DNA of 64,000 bases from Parcubacteria group bacterium GW2011_GWC1_36_108 (GCA_000991245.1 LBRD01000001.1:69467-133466); one strand, 5' to 3'; shown: positions 1 to 10,862, numbered from the stretch's first letter. A program made the numbers and translations. Notes: generated by a model not told the origin, from the sequence alone.

Positions 1-291
1 TGCTTGAAATCATCAACAACACCCAAAAACAAAATTAGCAAAGAACCAAAAAGCACGCCAAGCAAGGGCGCGCCTATGACAAGATTTTTGTCCAACAATA
101 TTGCAAACAAAAAAGATCCTATTAAAGCTATCCCACCAAAACGCAAAATTCCTTTTTTATGAATATGCCTGTTGGAAGTCCTGCCATCATCATTTGAATA
201 TTTTTGGCCAAATGAAATCAATAAAATAAGCAGCGATACTGAAATCAGCAAAGAAGAAAACATCGGCATTAAATAAAGAGAATAGTCCATA
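1..291 (-). CDS. N-terminal part of MraY/WecA-family polyprenyl-phosphate sugar-phosphate transferase (partial, runs off window)
   Basis: Manual minus-strand translation from ATG at 291: MDYSLYLMPMFSSLLISVSLLILLISFGQ...RFGGIALIGSFLFAILLDKNLVIGAPLLGVLFGSLLILFLGVVDDFK. Hydrophobic segments and a GG...VDD pattern typical of MraY/WecA. Immediately downstream of the GT2 gene on the same strand. Confidence 0.45.
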
Positions 292-295
292 TTAA

Positions 296-1984
296 CTACT
301 TCTTACGTATTTTGTCTGTTACCCAAAATTCTCCAAAATATTGTTTGAACAAAATACGCGTCTGCGAATCAATAGCAGGAATAGCCCCAAGAGTCGGTGC
401 AATAATAGGCGCCAAGAACCATTGCAGGAACATATAGATATATCGTTTTTTGCCATATTTCGCAGGACGCGGAGGCAAAAGCACGAAACTAAGAAACATC
501 GAGATAACCAACCCACCCATTGCAAGTGTCATCAAATAACGAGTCACGAAAGGCAGATTGTGAGCCAACACGCTTTGGTTAAAGGCTGGTCCACCGAAAA
601 TGAGCGGAAGCCATCCCAAGAGTGCCAAAATGAAGGCTGACGTTGCCCAAGAATGATGTCCTTCGATCATTTCAAATCCTATTCTAAATTTTCTATACAA
701 TGAAATTGTCTTATCCGGCCAAAGAGCTCGCATAATTACTGGGAAATTTTCAATTCCATATGCCCAGCGTCTTTTTTGTTTGTATTGATTTTTGATAGTT
801 TTCCAATATGTTTCAGCCAAAACTGCATCAAGAGAAATCGGCAAATAAATAGGTCTTACCATATAATCTCCGTGATAATAAGCGTAGCATTTCCAATATA
901 TAATCGAATCTTCACTAATCATATCCAAAGGCCAAAAGTTAACTTTTACCAATGTGTCAAAAGGCTCAGAGTGTGATGAAAAAGTTACCATCTGCACCCT
1001 TGTGCTTTGAAACATATGCCAGAAAGATGAACCCGTCACAATAACGCGCACAAACGCATTAGTGTCCCAAATGTTATTGTGATACATCGGCAAAGGCTGA
1101 TATGAACGCTGCAGACGCTTCGGATCGGTAATATAAGCATGAGTTAGCGCTGCAAAATATTGAGGATGACACACGCTATCACAATCAAAATTTGAAAAAA
1201 TAACCCGCTTATAATCAATATCTCTCTCATCCAAATACACCATCAATTTCTTGGCGGCATAAGTTGCGTTTGATGCTTTGCACTTCATTTCATTATCCTG
1301 CACTTCGTGAGTAGTAACCAAGAAATCTTTAAAAACTCCTTTGAATTTATCCTGCAAATAATTCACTTTCTCCAATCTGTTTTGCTCATTTTCACGTTCC
1401 TCTGTTGCCAAAAGAATAACGATTTGTTGATTTGGGAAATTGCTATCAGCAACAGCTTGGATAGCTGGTTCAATAACATCCGCAGGCTCATTGGCAGTCG
1501 GCAAAAGAACCACGTGCACAATCTTGCGCCAATCAAGCACGTCAATCTTTTCCGTCGCAATATATTGAACTTCCCTTTTATATTCCGCCAGTCTTGCAAT
1601 CTCCCTTCTTAAAGTTCTTCTTTCAGTGAATGTCATTTTGTTCTTTCTAAGACTCAATTTCAATTGCGCCATACGGTCGTATATGGTTTGAGCATATTCT
1701 TTTGGGTGAACGATATTTTGACATCTCTCCCACCAGTCAATCATTTTACCATTTTGAAGTTTATTATAAGCAACGATGGAATAATAAGTAATAAAAATAG
1801 TACGATAAATCCAATAAATATCAAACATTATAATAAAAACTGCAATCCAAATCGGCAGCAAAAACGAAGCCACCAACATTCCAATAAGAGTAATCCACGT
1901 CAAAATACCTGGGATCATTTCCAGTGTGCGCTGAACTCTTCGTTCTTTCAAATCAGTTGTTTTTGGGCTTGGAAAATAAAACAT
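296..1984 (-). CDS. Family-2 (processive) glycosyltransferase, cellulose/chitin-synthase-like
   Basis: 562 aa ORF; QxxRW motif (QYKQKRRWAYG), DxD-like motifs, N- and C-terminal TM helices. Confidence 0.7.
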   Translation of the reverse strand: MFYFPSPKTTDLKERRVQRTLEMIPGILTWITLIGMLVASFLLPIWIAVFIIMFDIYWIYRTIFITYYSIVAYNKLQNGKMIDWWERCQNIVHPKEYAQTIYDRMAQLKLSLRKNKMTFTERRTLRREIARLAEYKREVQYIATEKIDVLDWRKIVHVVLLPTANEPADVIEPAIQAVADSNFPNQQIVILLATEERENEQNRLEKVNYLQDKFKGVFKDFLVTTHEVQDNEMKCKASNATYAAKKLMVYLDERDIDYKRVIFSNFDCDSVCHPQYFAALTHAYITDPKRLQRSYQPLPMYHNNIWDTNAFVRVIVTGSSFWHMFQSTRVQMVTFSSHSEPFDTLVKVNFWPLDMISEDSIIYWKCYAYYHGDYMVRPIYLPISLDAVLAETYWKTIKNQYKQKRRWAYGIENFPVIMRALWPDKTISLYRKFRIGFEMIEGHHSWATSAFILALLGWLPLIFGGPAFNQSVLAHNLPFVTRYLMTLAMGGLVISMFLSFVLLPPRPAKYGKKRYIYMFLQWFLAPIIAPTLGAIPAIDSQTRILFKQYFGEFWVTDKIRKK

Positions 1985-2147
1985 TGAATTAACTTACAAC
2001 TTATAACTCATAACTCACAACACGAGATTAACTTACAAATCACGACTTACAACGTACAACAGAAATGCATTGAAGATGTTGTTAGTTATTAGTTGTCGGT
2101 TGTTAGTTTTTGGTTGTGAGTTGTCAGTCATGAGTTGTGGGTTAGTT

Positions 2148-2570
2148 TTAATAGTTTATCAACAGCAGGCTTGATACTGCAATAGTGATGCAGATTTGGA
2201 CTATAAAGGTTGCCAACATCAACAAATGGGCTACTATTCGCTCTTTTTGCTGATAAAACAAATACCCCAATACCGCATTTACACACAAAATAACCAACCC
2301 GATCAGGGGTAAAAAGTACATTTGCCACCATGCCCCAATCACATCCACCCCGAAATATACATTATAGTGAAGAATGATAGGAAAATCAACTGGTCTGATG
2401 AAATATGCAATCGCACCCCAATTTGCAAGATTAACAAAAAACGCACAGATCATAACCCATTGAATTAGTGCGCTACGAAAAAACTCTTGTGAAAAAAAGT
2501 ATTTTAGCTTTAATTTTATATTTTCAATTTTAAAAAAGTTCATGTGGTTTTTCCAAAGCCAGTGGCTCAA
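2148..2570 (-). CDS. Small polytopic membrane protein, hypothetical
   Basis: 140 aa ORF, 3-4 hydrophobic helices. Confidence 0.4.
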   Translation of the reverse strand: MSHWLWKNHMNFFKIENIKLKLKYFFSQEFFRSALIQWVMICAFFVNLANWGAIAYFIRPVDFPIILHYNVYFGVDVIGAWWQMYFLPLIGLVILCVNAVLGYLFYQQKERIVAHLLMLATFIVQICITIAVSSLLLINY

Positions 2571-3654
2571 TTGTTTTTTCGCCTTCGGTTATTTTTGCAA
2601 CATCCTTATCTATTTTTCCAAGCTCTTTATATGCAGTGTTGAAACTGTTTACAGTGGTTCCAAGATTATTTCCCAATTTTTTCAAATAGTCTTCATAGGC
2701 AATAATATGTTTTCCAAGTTTCTCCACGTTGGCACGAATCTCTTTGGCATTTTCCTCAATCTGAAAAGCGCGCAGACCTTGAAGCACTGTCTGCAAATAT
2801 GCCAAAAATGATGTTGGGGAAACGATGATGACTTTCTTTTCTTGAAAAGCATATTCAATCAAATCGCGCGTGTTAATTTGAGCCGCTCCAACTTTGTTTA
2901 CAAGCAAATCATAATAAATTGCTTCAGAAGGAATAAACATAAAAGCAAAGTCCATTGTTCCCATTTCAGGACGAATATATTTAGCAGTTTCATCAATACG
3001 ATTTTTCAAATCTTGCTTGAACAATTTTTCAAATTTTTCACGCTCAGCGCTGTCTGTGCAATTTAGAATTCTTTCATAATTTTCAAGTGAAAACTTTGAA
3101 TCAATTGGCACAATCTTATCCTTCACAAAAACCACCGCATCCACAATCAAATCCTGATCAGTTTTTTCACTCTTTCCAAGCTTATATTGCATTTGATATG
3201 ATTTCGGACCCAGCACATTTTTCAGTGTTTCCTCCAGGAAATATTCCCCCAGCACTCCGCGCTGCTTTGGGTTTTTCAAAATATCCTGCAAATTTTGAAG
3301 TTGCGCTGAAAAATTAACCACTTGCCTATTTGTCTCATCAAGTTTAGTCAGTTTTTCAGTAACATTACTAATAAGCTTGGCTGATTGACCCGTAATCCCC
3401 TTGACTGTCTCAATCGTGTCTCGCATATGCTCACTCGAAGAGCGCCGTGCTTCAGTCAATTTCGTGTCTATCTCAGTGCGCATTTGATGATTTTGTTCGC
3501 TCAAGTTTCGAAGGCGCTCCAAAATTGCCGTCATTTTTTCCCTTTCCTCCTTGTTATCGCTACTCGCCACAACTTTCATTTTTAAATCAAAAACAAGCCA
3601 CAAAAGAGCGGCCAAGATTCCTATTATAATAATCGCGACAAAAATTGATGACAT
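2530..3654 (-). CDS. rmuC: DNA recombination protein RmuC-like
   Basis: 374 aa; N-terminal TM helix, long coiled-coil, C-terminal region with D...D.K/E-x-K nuclease-like residues, as in RmuC. Confidence 0.55.
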   Translation of the reverse strand: MSSIFVAIIIIGILAALLWLVFDLKMKVVASSDNKEEREKMTAILERLRNLSEQNHQMRTEIDTKLTEARRSSSEHMRDTIETVKGITGQSAKLISNVTEKLTKLDETNRQVVNFSAQLQNLQDILKNPKQRGVLGEYFLEETLKNVLGPKSYQMQYKLGKSEKTDQDLIVDAVVFVKDKIVPIDSKFSLENYERILNCTDSAEREKFEKLFKQDLKNRIDETAKYIRPEMGTMDFAFMFIPSEAIYYDLLVNKVGAAQINTRDLIEYAFQEKKVIIVSPTSFLAYLQTVLQGLRAFQIEENAKEIRANVEKLGKHIIAYEDYLKKLGNNLGTTVNSFNTAYKELGKIDKDVAKITEGEKTIEPLALEKPHELF

Positions 3655-3667
3655 ATTTGTTTTATAT

Positions 3668-3806
3668 TTTCAAAAGTTACGCATTTCGAAACATTTCTTT
3701 TTTGGCCAATTGTCGGCGACAGCGACTCTTTGAGCTTTTGGATATTGAGTATTTATCCAAAAGCGTGCCAAATAAGAAATAGTTGAGAAAATGCGTAAGT
3801 CCTAAT
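3668..3806 (+). ncRNA. Copy 1 of a ~138-nt conserved structured element (candidate small RNA)
   Basis: Terminal stem ttacgcatttcg/gaaaatgcgtaag, internal 4-bp stem gtcg-gcgacag-cgac, 11-bp stem gcttttggata/tatccaaaagc. Near-identical copy at 36859-36996. Confidence 0.45.
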
Positions 3807-3807
3807 A

Positions 3808-4413
3808 TTAATATTTTTTACGACCAGCAATAAATCTCTTAAGCCCAGGGATTTTGTCGATCAATTCCAGATGAGATCCTTCGATGAAGTCCAGCAAGAA
3901 ACGATCAAGCATATCCAAACGATATTTGAATTCATCACTGTTCATCAGCACAAAACTCACTTCTTTTCCTATTTCAGCTTCCAAACTGCTCATAACGCTT
4001 TTCAATTTTCCGCGACTAACGTTGTTTGCCACCAAAACCATATCCACTTTGCTTTTTGGATAATTTAGAAAAATACCACTTACCAAAGCTAGTTTAACAT
4101 CCCCAATATTTTTCAATCGTGACAAACTCTTGGATTCAGGCGAAGCAGTTGATTTTGCAAACAAACTCTTAAGTTCGGAATAAAAACAAAAATCTTGATC
4201 GAGTGTATAATATTTTGATCCCTTTTTTGTTTTTTCAACCAAGAATTTTATTTTTTTAAGCTCGCCTATCTCTTTTCGCACAGAAGCTGCTGCCAACATA
4301 TTTTTCTTCGCAATATCAGCAACGCTGTATTCTTTTTCCGAGTTAAGCAAAAAAAATCTCAAGATTCTGGTTTTTGCTTTTGAGCCGAATAGCACTTCAA
4401 GGATTTCTGACAT
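3808..4413 (-). CDS. Hypothetical protein, possible wHTH DNA-binding N-terminus
   Basis: 201 aa ORF; N-terminal region looks like a helix-turn-helix regulator (TRILRFFLLNSEKEYSVADIAK). Confidence 0.4.
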   Translation of the reverse strand: MSEILEVLFGSKAKTRILRFFLLNSEKEYSVADIAKKNMLAAASVRKEIGELKKIKFLVEKTKKGSKYYTLDQDFCFYSELKSLFAKSTASPESKSLSRLKNIGDVKLALVSGIFLNYPKSKVDMVLVANNVSRGKLKSVMSSLEAEIGKEVSFVLMNSDEFKYRLDMLDRFLLDFIEGSHLELIDKIPGLKRFIAGRKKY

Positions 4414-4543
4414 AAGTTTGGCAGTGATTAATAGAAATTAAGTATTTCTCCTGCTTTTAAAAGCAGCAATATTGCCATTATACAATCAATAAAATTAAAA
4501 GTAAACCTCAAATCACAGCCCTTCCCGAGCTAATTGCATTTGA

Positions 4544-7234
4544 ATGAAAATTGCTATATTATATAGAAAGATACTTGAGGGCTTTTTATGCCACAAAAAA
4601 CCAATGTCCCCAAGAAACTCAGATAAAAACAAAGATGTGATAAAAGAACTGGAAAAAACAATTTCCCCAATTTTGGTTGTCAACAATTCCTCATTAAAAC
4701 CATACGTGGAATTATTTGAATACGCGCCAGAAAACATTTACCAGCAACCACTCGGCTCGCTTGTTGGCTTTTTTGAAGTCAAAGAATTCTCCGATGAGTC
4801 TGCCTATGTTGTGAATTTTCTAACTTCTGTTTTAAAAAAGGAATATTATATAAACCCAAAAAGGCCGGTCACGGAAAGTTTGGACAGCGCCCTGCACAAA
4901 GTTAACATTGCCCTTTCTGAATTAGCCAAACACGGGAATGTTGAATGGCTAGGCAAAATAAACGCCGCAATTTGCGTGCTGGAAAAAAACAATGCTCATT
5001 TCAGCGTTTCAGGCGATGCTAAAATCTTTTTATACAGAAATCAAAGTCTTTCCGAAATAAGTGAAGATCTGGCCTCAGATTCTCTTGAACCACACCCACT
5101 GAAAACATTTGTTAATGTTTCCAGCGGACGCCTTGAAAAAAATGACCGGATGTTGATAACTTCAGCGGATATTTTTCATATTTTGCCGATCATTGAAATC
5201 AAAAAGAATTTCCAGCGATTTGAAGGAGACAAATTTGTGCAATTTTTGAAAACTGCACTTTCAAACCAAATAGAAATGATCGCTTCGGTGGTTGTCGAAA
5301 TGAGCGAAGTGATTCCTATCGCAGCAACCAAGGCGCTGCCTCGCAAAAAATCTTCCAAGGCAGTCAATGCTTTCAGCCAACAATCTTTTGCCAGTGCCAA
5401 AGACACTGAAACCTTGGCGCAAGAACAAGAAAATGAATTAGAAATGACAATACTGCCAGCAGATGCCGAACAAGAATATACCGATGAAAAAACTGGGCAT
5501 ATATACGTTCAGGGAGAAGTAAATGAAAACAATGAAAACGCCAATCCCCAAATGAATTTATATTGGGATATGATCAAAGAAAAAATCTCCCAAGGATCAT
5601 ATTTAACCAAAAATGAAATTCGAAAGCGTTTCTCTTTATACAAAAAACAATTAGCAAAAAAGAAGGAGCTTCGCAGAATTGAAAAAGAAAAACAACAGCT
5701 TCTTGCAGCCGAAGAGGCAAAACGTCTTGAAGAAGAAAGGGTTCTGCAAGAAATTCAGCATGAACAACAAATCGCCGAGGAGCAGCAACTTGCCAAACTT
5801 CATCTTGAGGAGGAAAACCAGCGTCAACAAGAAAATCTTGCGCAAGAAAATATTCTCGCAAAAGCGGAAGTAACCAAGAAAAAAACAGCAGCAAAAATTA
5901 AAGTTACAAATATTGACGCAGAAGAATCAGAGAGTGAACCAACCGCAGATTCGCAATTAAGCTTCAAAGAAAAACTTCGCTTAGCAAGATTGGAGCAACA
6001 AGGAAATGCTGTCATTGATCTGAAAAACAAAACTACAAAGGAAACCGAAACATTTGAAGAAGAAATTATTATTCAACCAGAGATACAATTTGAAACTGTT
6101 GAAACAATATCAAAAACAACAAAGTTCAAGGCATTGGCTTTGGAAAATATCAAAAAAATACTGCCACTATCAAAAAAATTAATTGCGCACACAAAAATCT
6201 GGCTCAGCAAAATTGGCGCAATAGCAAAAAATAGATCCCACGTCGCAAAACCAAACAAACTAGCCAACATCATAACTCCTCATTTTTCAAAGATTGGAAA
6301 ACTATTCTCACATTTTTCAGGAAAACAAAAACTGTTTATTCTTTTTGCACTAGCCCTTATTTTTATCGCGCCTCTTTTCATTGTGCGTTTCTTGAACAGA
6401 CCAAAAGCTCCAACAATCGTTGAACTTCAGGATGTGCCATTGACTCAAATAGGAGCATTGGCAAGTGACAAAAACATTGATTTTAACACACAAGTTCAAA
6501 CAATTTTATCAAACTCAAATATCGTTACCGCTTTGATCGCAAACAACAATCCAACAGTGGTGACCAAAAACAGCGTTATTGTTTTACAAAACAATCAACC
6601 AAAAGAATTTCCGATTCCTACCGACTCCGGAGCTGCTGTTTCCGCAACATATATGAAAGATTTGTCCCTTGTTTTAATCTTCACTGATAGCAACAAGATT
6701 CTTTCCTTCAGTCCAATTTCAGAAAAGTTTGCAAGCAACAACATCGATTTATCCAACATTTCATCAGGAAGTCCAATTGGAACATACCTAACATATTTAT
6801 ATATGCTTGATCAAAAAAACAATCAGATTTATCGCTTCCCACGCGCAGACGGTGGATTTGGCGAGAAAACAAGTTGGCTCAAAGATTCAACATCTCTTAC
6901 TAATGTTTCAGAAATAACCATCGACGACAATATTTATGCGATTTCAGATAACAAAATTTTAAAATTCTTCAAAGGCAAAGCTGTTGATTTTTCACTTGAA
7001 TCATCCACCACGCCTATTAACTTTGATAAAATTTATACAACTCCGGACTTGCAAAACTTCTATGCACTAGACACACAAAACTCGCGTCTAGTTTCATATA
7101 GCAAAGACGGCAACATTATTAAACAATATCACAATGAAGCGCTCAAGGACGTGATCTCATTGACAGTAGACGAACAAAACAAACTCGCATACATCGCAAC
7201 TTCAACTGGATTAATTTCACTTTCAATTCAATAG
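4544..7234 (+). CDS. Large hypothetical protein with charged coiled-coil region, one TM helix and a C-terminal domain
   Basis: 896 aa ORF; E/K/Q-rich coiled coil (aa ~340-420), TM LFILFALALIFIAPLFIV, Asn-rich C-terminal region. Confidence 0.5.
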   Translation: MKIAILYRKILEGFLCHKKPMSPRNSDKNKDVIKELEKTISPILVVNNSSLKPYVELFEYAPENIYQQPLGSLVGFFEVKEFSDESAYVVNFLTSVLKKEYYINPKRPVTESLDSALHKVNIALSELAKHGNVEWLGKINAAICVLEKNNAHFSVSGDAKIFLYRNQSLSEISEDLASDSLEPHPLKTFVNVSSGRLEKNDRMLITSADIFHILPIIEIKKNFQRFEGDKFVQFLKTALSNQIEMIASVVVEMSEVIPIAATKALPRKKSSKAVNAFSQQSFASAKDTETLAQEQENELEMTILPADAEQEYTDEKTGHIYVQGEVNENNENANPQMNLYWDMIKEKISQGSYLTKNEIRKRFSLYKKQLAKKKELRRIEKEKQQLLAAEEAKRLEEERVLQEIQHEQQIAEEQQLAKLHLEEENQRQQENLAQENILAKAEVTKKKTAAKIKVTNIDAEESESEPTADSQLSFKEKLRLARLEQQGNAVIDLKNKTTKETETFEEEIIIQPEIQFETVETISKTTKFKALALENIKKILPLSKKLIAHTKIWLSKIGAIAKNRSHVAKPNKLANIITPHFSKIGKLFSHFSGKQKLFILFALALIFIAPLFIVRFLNRPKAPTIVELQDVPLTQIGALASDKNIDFNTQVQTILSNSNIVTALIANNNPTVVTKNSVIVLQNNQPKEFPIPTDSGAAVSATYMKDLSLVLIFTDSNKILSFSPISEKFASNNIDLSNISSGSPIGTYLTYLYMLDQKNNQIYRFPRADGGFGEKTSWLKDSTSLTNVSEITIDDNIYAISDNKILKFFKGKAVDFSLESSTTPINFDKIYTTPDLQNFYALDTQNSRLVSYSKDGNIIKQYHNEALKDVISLTVDEQNKLAYIATSTGLISLSIQ

Positions 7235-7473
7235 ACTCTTTTCCACATTTCTTTTTTCCGCAAAAAGAAACCTGGAGGAAAGAAAAGCTCGCACCGGATG
7301 AAGATACTGTGGCAAAAACTTCGCTCTTCACTAAAATTTACACTGCGCGCCTACGCTTGCTAGCGGGCGCTACGTTTCAAAATTTCTTAACGCTCATCAC
7401 TCGTTTTTCGCCTACGTACTTCATATGGTGCAAAGGGAATGCGGAATGCGAATACATACAGGAGCGAGAATGA

Positions 7474-7566
7474 TTTTTCTTTTTTCACTTAAAACAAGTC
7501 TCATTGGCGTTATGTCAAAAGTTGCAATTGTTTTTCTGTGACAAAAAGAAAAAGGCATTCGAACGA
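7474..7566. repeat. Copy 1 of a ~95-nt hairpin element
   Basis: Inverted termini ctttttcttttttcac / gtgacaaaaagaaaaag around a conserved core ttaaaacaagtctc..ttgg.gtta..aaaagttgcaattgtttttct. Second copy at 27801-27896. Confidence 0.6.
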
Positions 7567-7644
7567 TGCACGCAGAACGCCTTTAAGAAGTGTAAACACT
7601 ATCTTTATATTATACACCTAAATCATCAAAAAGTCAATGGTAGA

Positions 7645-7677
7645 GCAAAAAACGGCTAACGATAGCCGTTTTTTGAT
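7645..7677. terminator. Bidirectional rho-independent terminator between convergent genes
   Basis: Perfect hairpin aacggctaacgatagccgtt with A-run upstream and T-run downstream. Confidence 0.7.
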
Positions 7678-7712
7678 GTATGTATTTTCCTAACAAGCTA
7701 AAAAGCTAAAGC

Positions 7713-10199
7713 CTAAAAAGCTGATTCCTTCATTGCGCTGCGTGCAAATTGGGCGCGCTGCATAATCTCACGGTTCACAATGGCAGCGTCGCGGCCATAT
7801 TTGAGGCGTGACAGCTCTTTGAGATAATTGGCAGCTTCCTGATTACCTCTGGTTGGTGGATAAAATTTAATATTAAATGGTTTGGAAAGTTCCCCATTAA
7901 CAAGCATTCTCGTGAAACCACTATAATTATCAACGTTGACCAAATCATTAGCAGTAAAAATCGGTTCGAATTGTTTTTCCAAAAACTCTGCGTCTTCCGG
8001 TCCAACTCGCAGCGCCACCATTGAACCAACATTACCAAAAACTGCCTTGGAAATTTCTTCCTTGAGTTGCCCAATAAATTGATGTGCAATAATCAGACAC
8101 AAACGATATTTTCGCGCTTCAGAAAGAATTTGAGAAATTGATTCAGTTGTAACATTTTGAAATTCATCCAAATAAAGATAAAAATCGCGACGCTGATCTT
8201 CAGGCATATCGCCGCGCGCCAGCGCATTCATCAAAATTTTTCCCACAATAACCATCCCCAAAAGATGGGCATTAATTTCTCCAATCTTTCCTTTGGAAAG
8301 CTTTACCAACAAGATCTTACCAGAATCCATCACTTCACGGAAATTGATTGTACTTTTTTGCTGCGCGATGATTGGACGCATCATATCATTAGAAACAAAA
8401 GTGGTAAGTTTGGAAGTGATATATGGAACCATATTGGCAAGTGCCGCTTCCCCGCCAGCTTTCTCAGCTTCTTTGATCCAAAAATCTGAAACCACAGGAT
8501 TGTTGCATTTGGACAATTTCATTTTGCGGAAATCTTCATCAGCCAAGACCTTGGAAATTTCCATAAGCGTTGAGCCTGATTCAGGATCTTCCATAATAAG
8601 GAGCATTGCATTTCGCACATATTGTTCAAACATTGGACCTCCCGTAGCTTTAAGATCATACAATTGATCAAAAATACCAATCATTTCATTAATCACAAAA
8701 GTTTTTTGCTCAGGATGACTTGGGTCATATTCCAGCATATTAAGTCCAAATGGACGCTCCATATCGGATGGATCAAACACAATCACATCTTCCGCGCGCT
8801 CTTTTGGAATGGCAGTTAAAATATCTTCAATCGCATCTCCGTGTGGATCAATAAAGCAAAATCCTTTGCCGTCGCGCGCATCTTGTTTGGCCATTTCCTG
8901 CAAGAAATTTGATTTACCAACACCAGTTTGACCGATAGTATACAAATGTCTTCTTCTGTCTCCATCGCTAAGTCTGATGTCAGTTTTTACCCCACGATAA
9001 TCATTATAGCCAAGCACCAAACCTTCTTTTGGAATATTAAGTGGCGGTGGTGCAGCACCTGCCTTCAGCCATTTAATTTTTGGTGTTTCAGTGGTAGAAA
9101 TTGGAAAATGAAAAACACTGGCGATTTCTTCGGTAGACAAAATAATAGAATGATCTTCGTCAAAATTTCTGAAGATATAATCAAAAGATATTTTTTTGGA
9201 CTTTATTCTTTTTTGCACCACAAAATGATTGACGTCGTGATTTTCAAATTGCGCAAAAGCATTTTCCATATGCGCCAAAATTTCATCTGCCTTTTGTTGA
9301 GTCATTGCAGAGGCAAGCAAGCGAATATTAGCTTTGAATCCAGCCTTGCCAGATTTTGCTTCGATTTTCTTTACAAGCTCCTGCTCTTCAGGAGTAAGTT
9401 GCACTGATTCTTTGTGCATAATTTCCTCCTTTGGCTTGTTTTGAATCACTTGCACCATACCTTTTCCAAGATCCATTGCAATCGAACTTGAATGAGCATC
9501 TTTAAGTTGTTTTCCTTGTTGCATCTTGTGTGCGATTCCTCTTCCCAATTTTCTCCAGTTTTTTCCCGCAGGACGCAAAACAATTTGAATCGCCGCACCT
9601 TCCCCTTCTGTTTGCAGTTTACTAAGCGCATTTGAAATTTCGTTGAGCGGGTCAACATCAATATTTTCATATGTAAGAACTGGCAAAGCATACGAACGTT
9701 TAAGTCCAAGTGTTGCAGCAGCAGTAAAGCTCCCCGGCGAAAAAATCGTATAGTCAGGAATTTTTTCAATAGAAGCGTGTGGGAAATATGAATGAACTTG
9801 CTTCTCAATACTGTCACGAAATTTCTTCGGCACTGCCAAATAAAAAGAAATTTCCTCATTTCCACAAGGATTGGCAATTTCAAGTGCCATATATGGCTCG
9901 CTATACAAAAAATGAGCCCAGAGTGATTTTTTTTCTTTAATATTAGAAAGTGTCGTAAGCAATTGCTCCATCGCACCAATTTCCTCTTTCCAAGCCTCCC
10001 CATTTTCACTTCGCTCTCCTTTTTCCTTGAAAATTTTTGTCACTCGCACGACTTCCAAGTCCATATTCATTGAACGATTGATTTGAGCACGATAATTCAA
10101 AAAACTTCGCACAACTAAAAAAGCACCACTAAAAAGAGTCAGTGTGGCAAAAACCCAAAGCAAAGGGACGAGGATGGTGTTGAGGTCAAGAGTATTCAT
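7713..10199 (-). CDS. VirB4/TraC/TrbE-like (AAA_10/HerA-like) secretion or conjugation ATPase with N-terminal TM helices
   Basis: 828 aa; N-terminal TM helices; Walker A GQTGVGKS at about aa 425; Walker B YLYLDEFQN followed by IIAHQ. Confidence 0.55.
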   Translation of the reverse strand: MNTLDLNTILVPLLWVFATLTLFSGAFLVVRSFLNYRAQINRSMNMDLEVVRVTKIFKEKGERSENGEAWKEEIGAMEQLLTTLSNIKEKKSLWAHFLYSEPYMALEIANPCGNEEISFYLAVPKKFRDSIEKQVHSYFPHASIEKIPDYTIFSPGSFTAAATLGLKRSYALPVLTYENIDVDPLNEISNALSKLQTEGEGAAIQIVLRPAGKNWRKLGRGIAHKMQQGKQLKDAHSSSIAMDLGKGMVQVIQNKPKEEIMHKESVQLTPEEQELVKKIEAKSGKAGFKANIRLLASAMTQQKADEILAHMENAFAQFENHDVNHFVVQKRIKSKKISFDYIFRNFDEDHSIILSTEEIASVFHFPISTTETPKIKWLKAGAAPPPLNIPKEGLVLGYNDYRGVKTDIRLSDGDRRRHLYTIGQTGVGKSNFLQEMAKQDARDGKGFCFIDPHGDAIEDILTAIPKERAEDVIVFDPSDMERPFGLNMLEYDPSHPEQKTFVINEMIGIFDQLYDLKATGGPMFEQYVRNAMLLIMEDPESGSTLMEISKVLADEDFRKMKLSKCNNPVVSDFWIKEAEKAGGEAALANMVPYITSKLTTFVSNDMMRPIIAQQKSTINFREVMDSGKILLVKLSKGKIGEINAHLLGMVIVGKILMNALARGDMPEDQRRDFYLYLDEFQNVTTESISQILSEARKYRLCLIIAHQFIGQLKEEISKAVFGNVGSMVALRVGPEDAEFLEKQFEPIFTANDLVNVDNYSGFTRMLVNGELSKPFNIKFYPPTRGNQEAANYLKELSRLKYGRDAAIVNREIMQRAQFARSAMKESAF

Positions 10200-10204
10200 T
10201 TTTG

Positions 10205-10360
10205 TTTTATATTTATTTTAATGCATTCATGATACGAATGTTACGAATGACCTTCTACGAATGACGCTAATATGCAAATCAGCCTTCGCATTTTTATTCG
10301 CATCATTAGCATATTCGCGTATTTGCATACATTTGCATAATTCGTATAATTCGTATCAAA
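10205..10360. repeat. Palindromic array of acgaatg/tgcgaat/tgcaaat-type octamers (family R)
   Basis: Left half has forward units (tacgaatg, gctaatatgcaaat); right half has the reverse-complement units (attcgcat, atttgcat, attcgtat). Confidence 0.7.
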
Positions 10361-10798
10361 TCAAATTTCCTTTATCATCCCCTTCTCCACCAATGCATTG
10401 TGCAGTTCTTCGCCGAGCATACGGTCGTGAAAAGTGTCGAGGACATAATTGTCTTGCATATGTTGCGCAACTTTCACGGCGTGTACAACACCTTTTTGCC
10501 CTGCAATATCAACCAAATGCTGCACTTGTGACTCTGCATCCATTTTTTCGTAGCCAGTCTTCGCATCAGCCGCAATAACTGTCTGATCCAATTCATCATC
10601 TGTTTGCACTGTTTGAACTTTAGAAAGAATTTTTCCATAAGCATCATCCTTTTCAGCTGCACTAACTTCTTTTATCGCTTCACGCTCAATAGCAGCAGCA
10701 GGCACAGCCTCCTCACGAGAAAAATCTACACTTCCATTTTTAATTTTACCCTCCAAGTCCAAATCACTTTCTTCAATCGGCTCTAGGTTACTCTTCAT
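10361..10798 (-). CDS. Hypothetical acidic protein
   Basis: 145 aa ORF, D/E-rich. Confidence 0.45.
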   Translation of the reverse strand: MKSNLEPIEESDLDLEGKIKNGSVDFSREEAVPAAAIEREAIKEVSAAEKDDAYGKILSKVQTVQTDDELDQTVIAADAKTGYEKMDAESQVQHLVDIAGQKGVVHAVKVAQHMQDNYVLDTFHDRMLGEELHNALVEKGMIKEI

Positions 10799-10799
10799 A

Positions 10800-10862
10800 A
10801 GTTTATAATACTAATTATGCGAATGTATGCAAATACGCGAATATGCTAATGATGCGAATTCA
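10800..10862. repeat. Half-array of forward atgcgaat/atgcaaat/atgctaat units (left arm)
   Basis: ctaattatgcgaatgtatgcaaatacgcgaatatgctaatgatgcgaatt. Confidence 0.65.

Noticed and set aside
319-1612. Several 60-110-aa ORFs overlapping the GT2 gene on either strand
   Set aside because: Fully contained within the 562-aa GT2 ORF, which carries the QxxRW motif; treated as frame artefacts.
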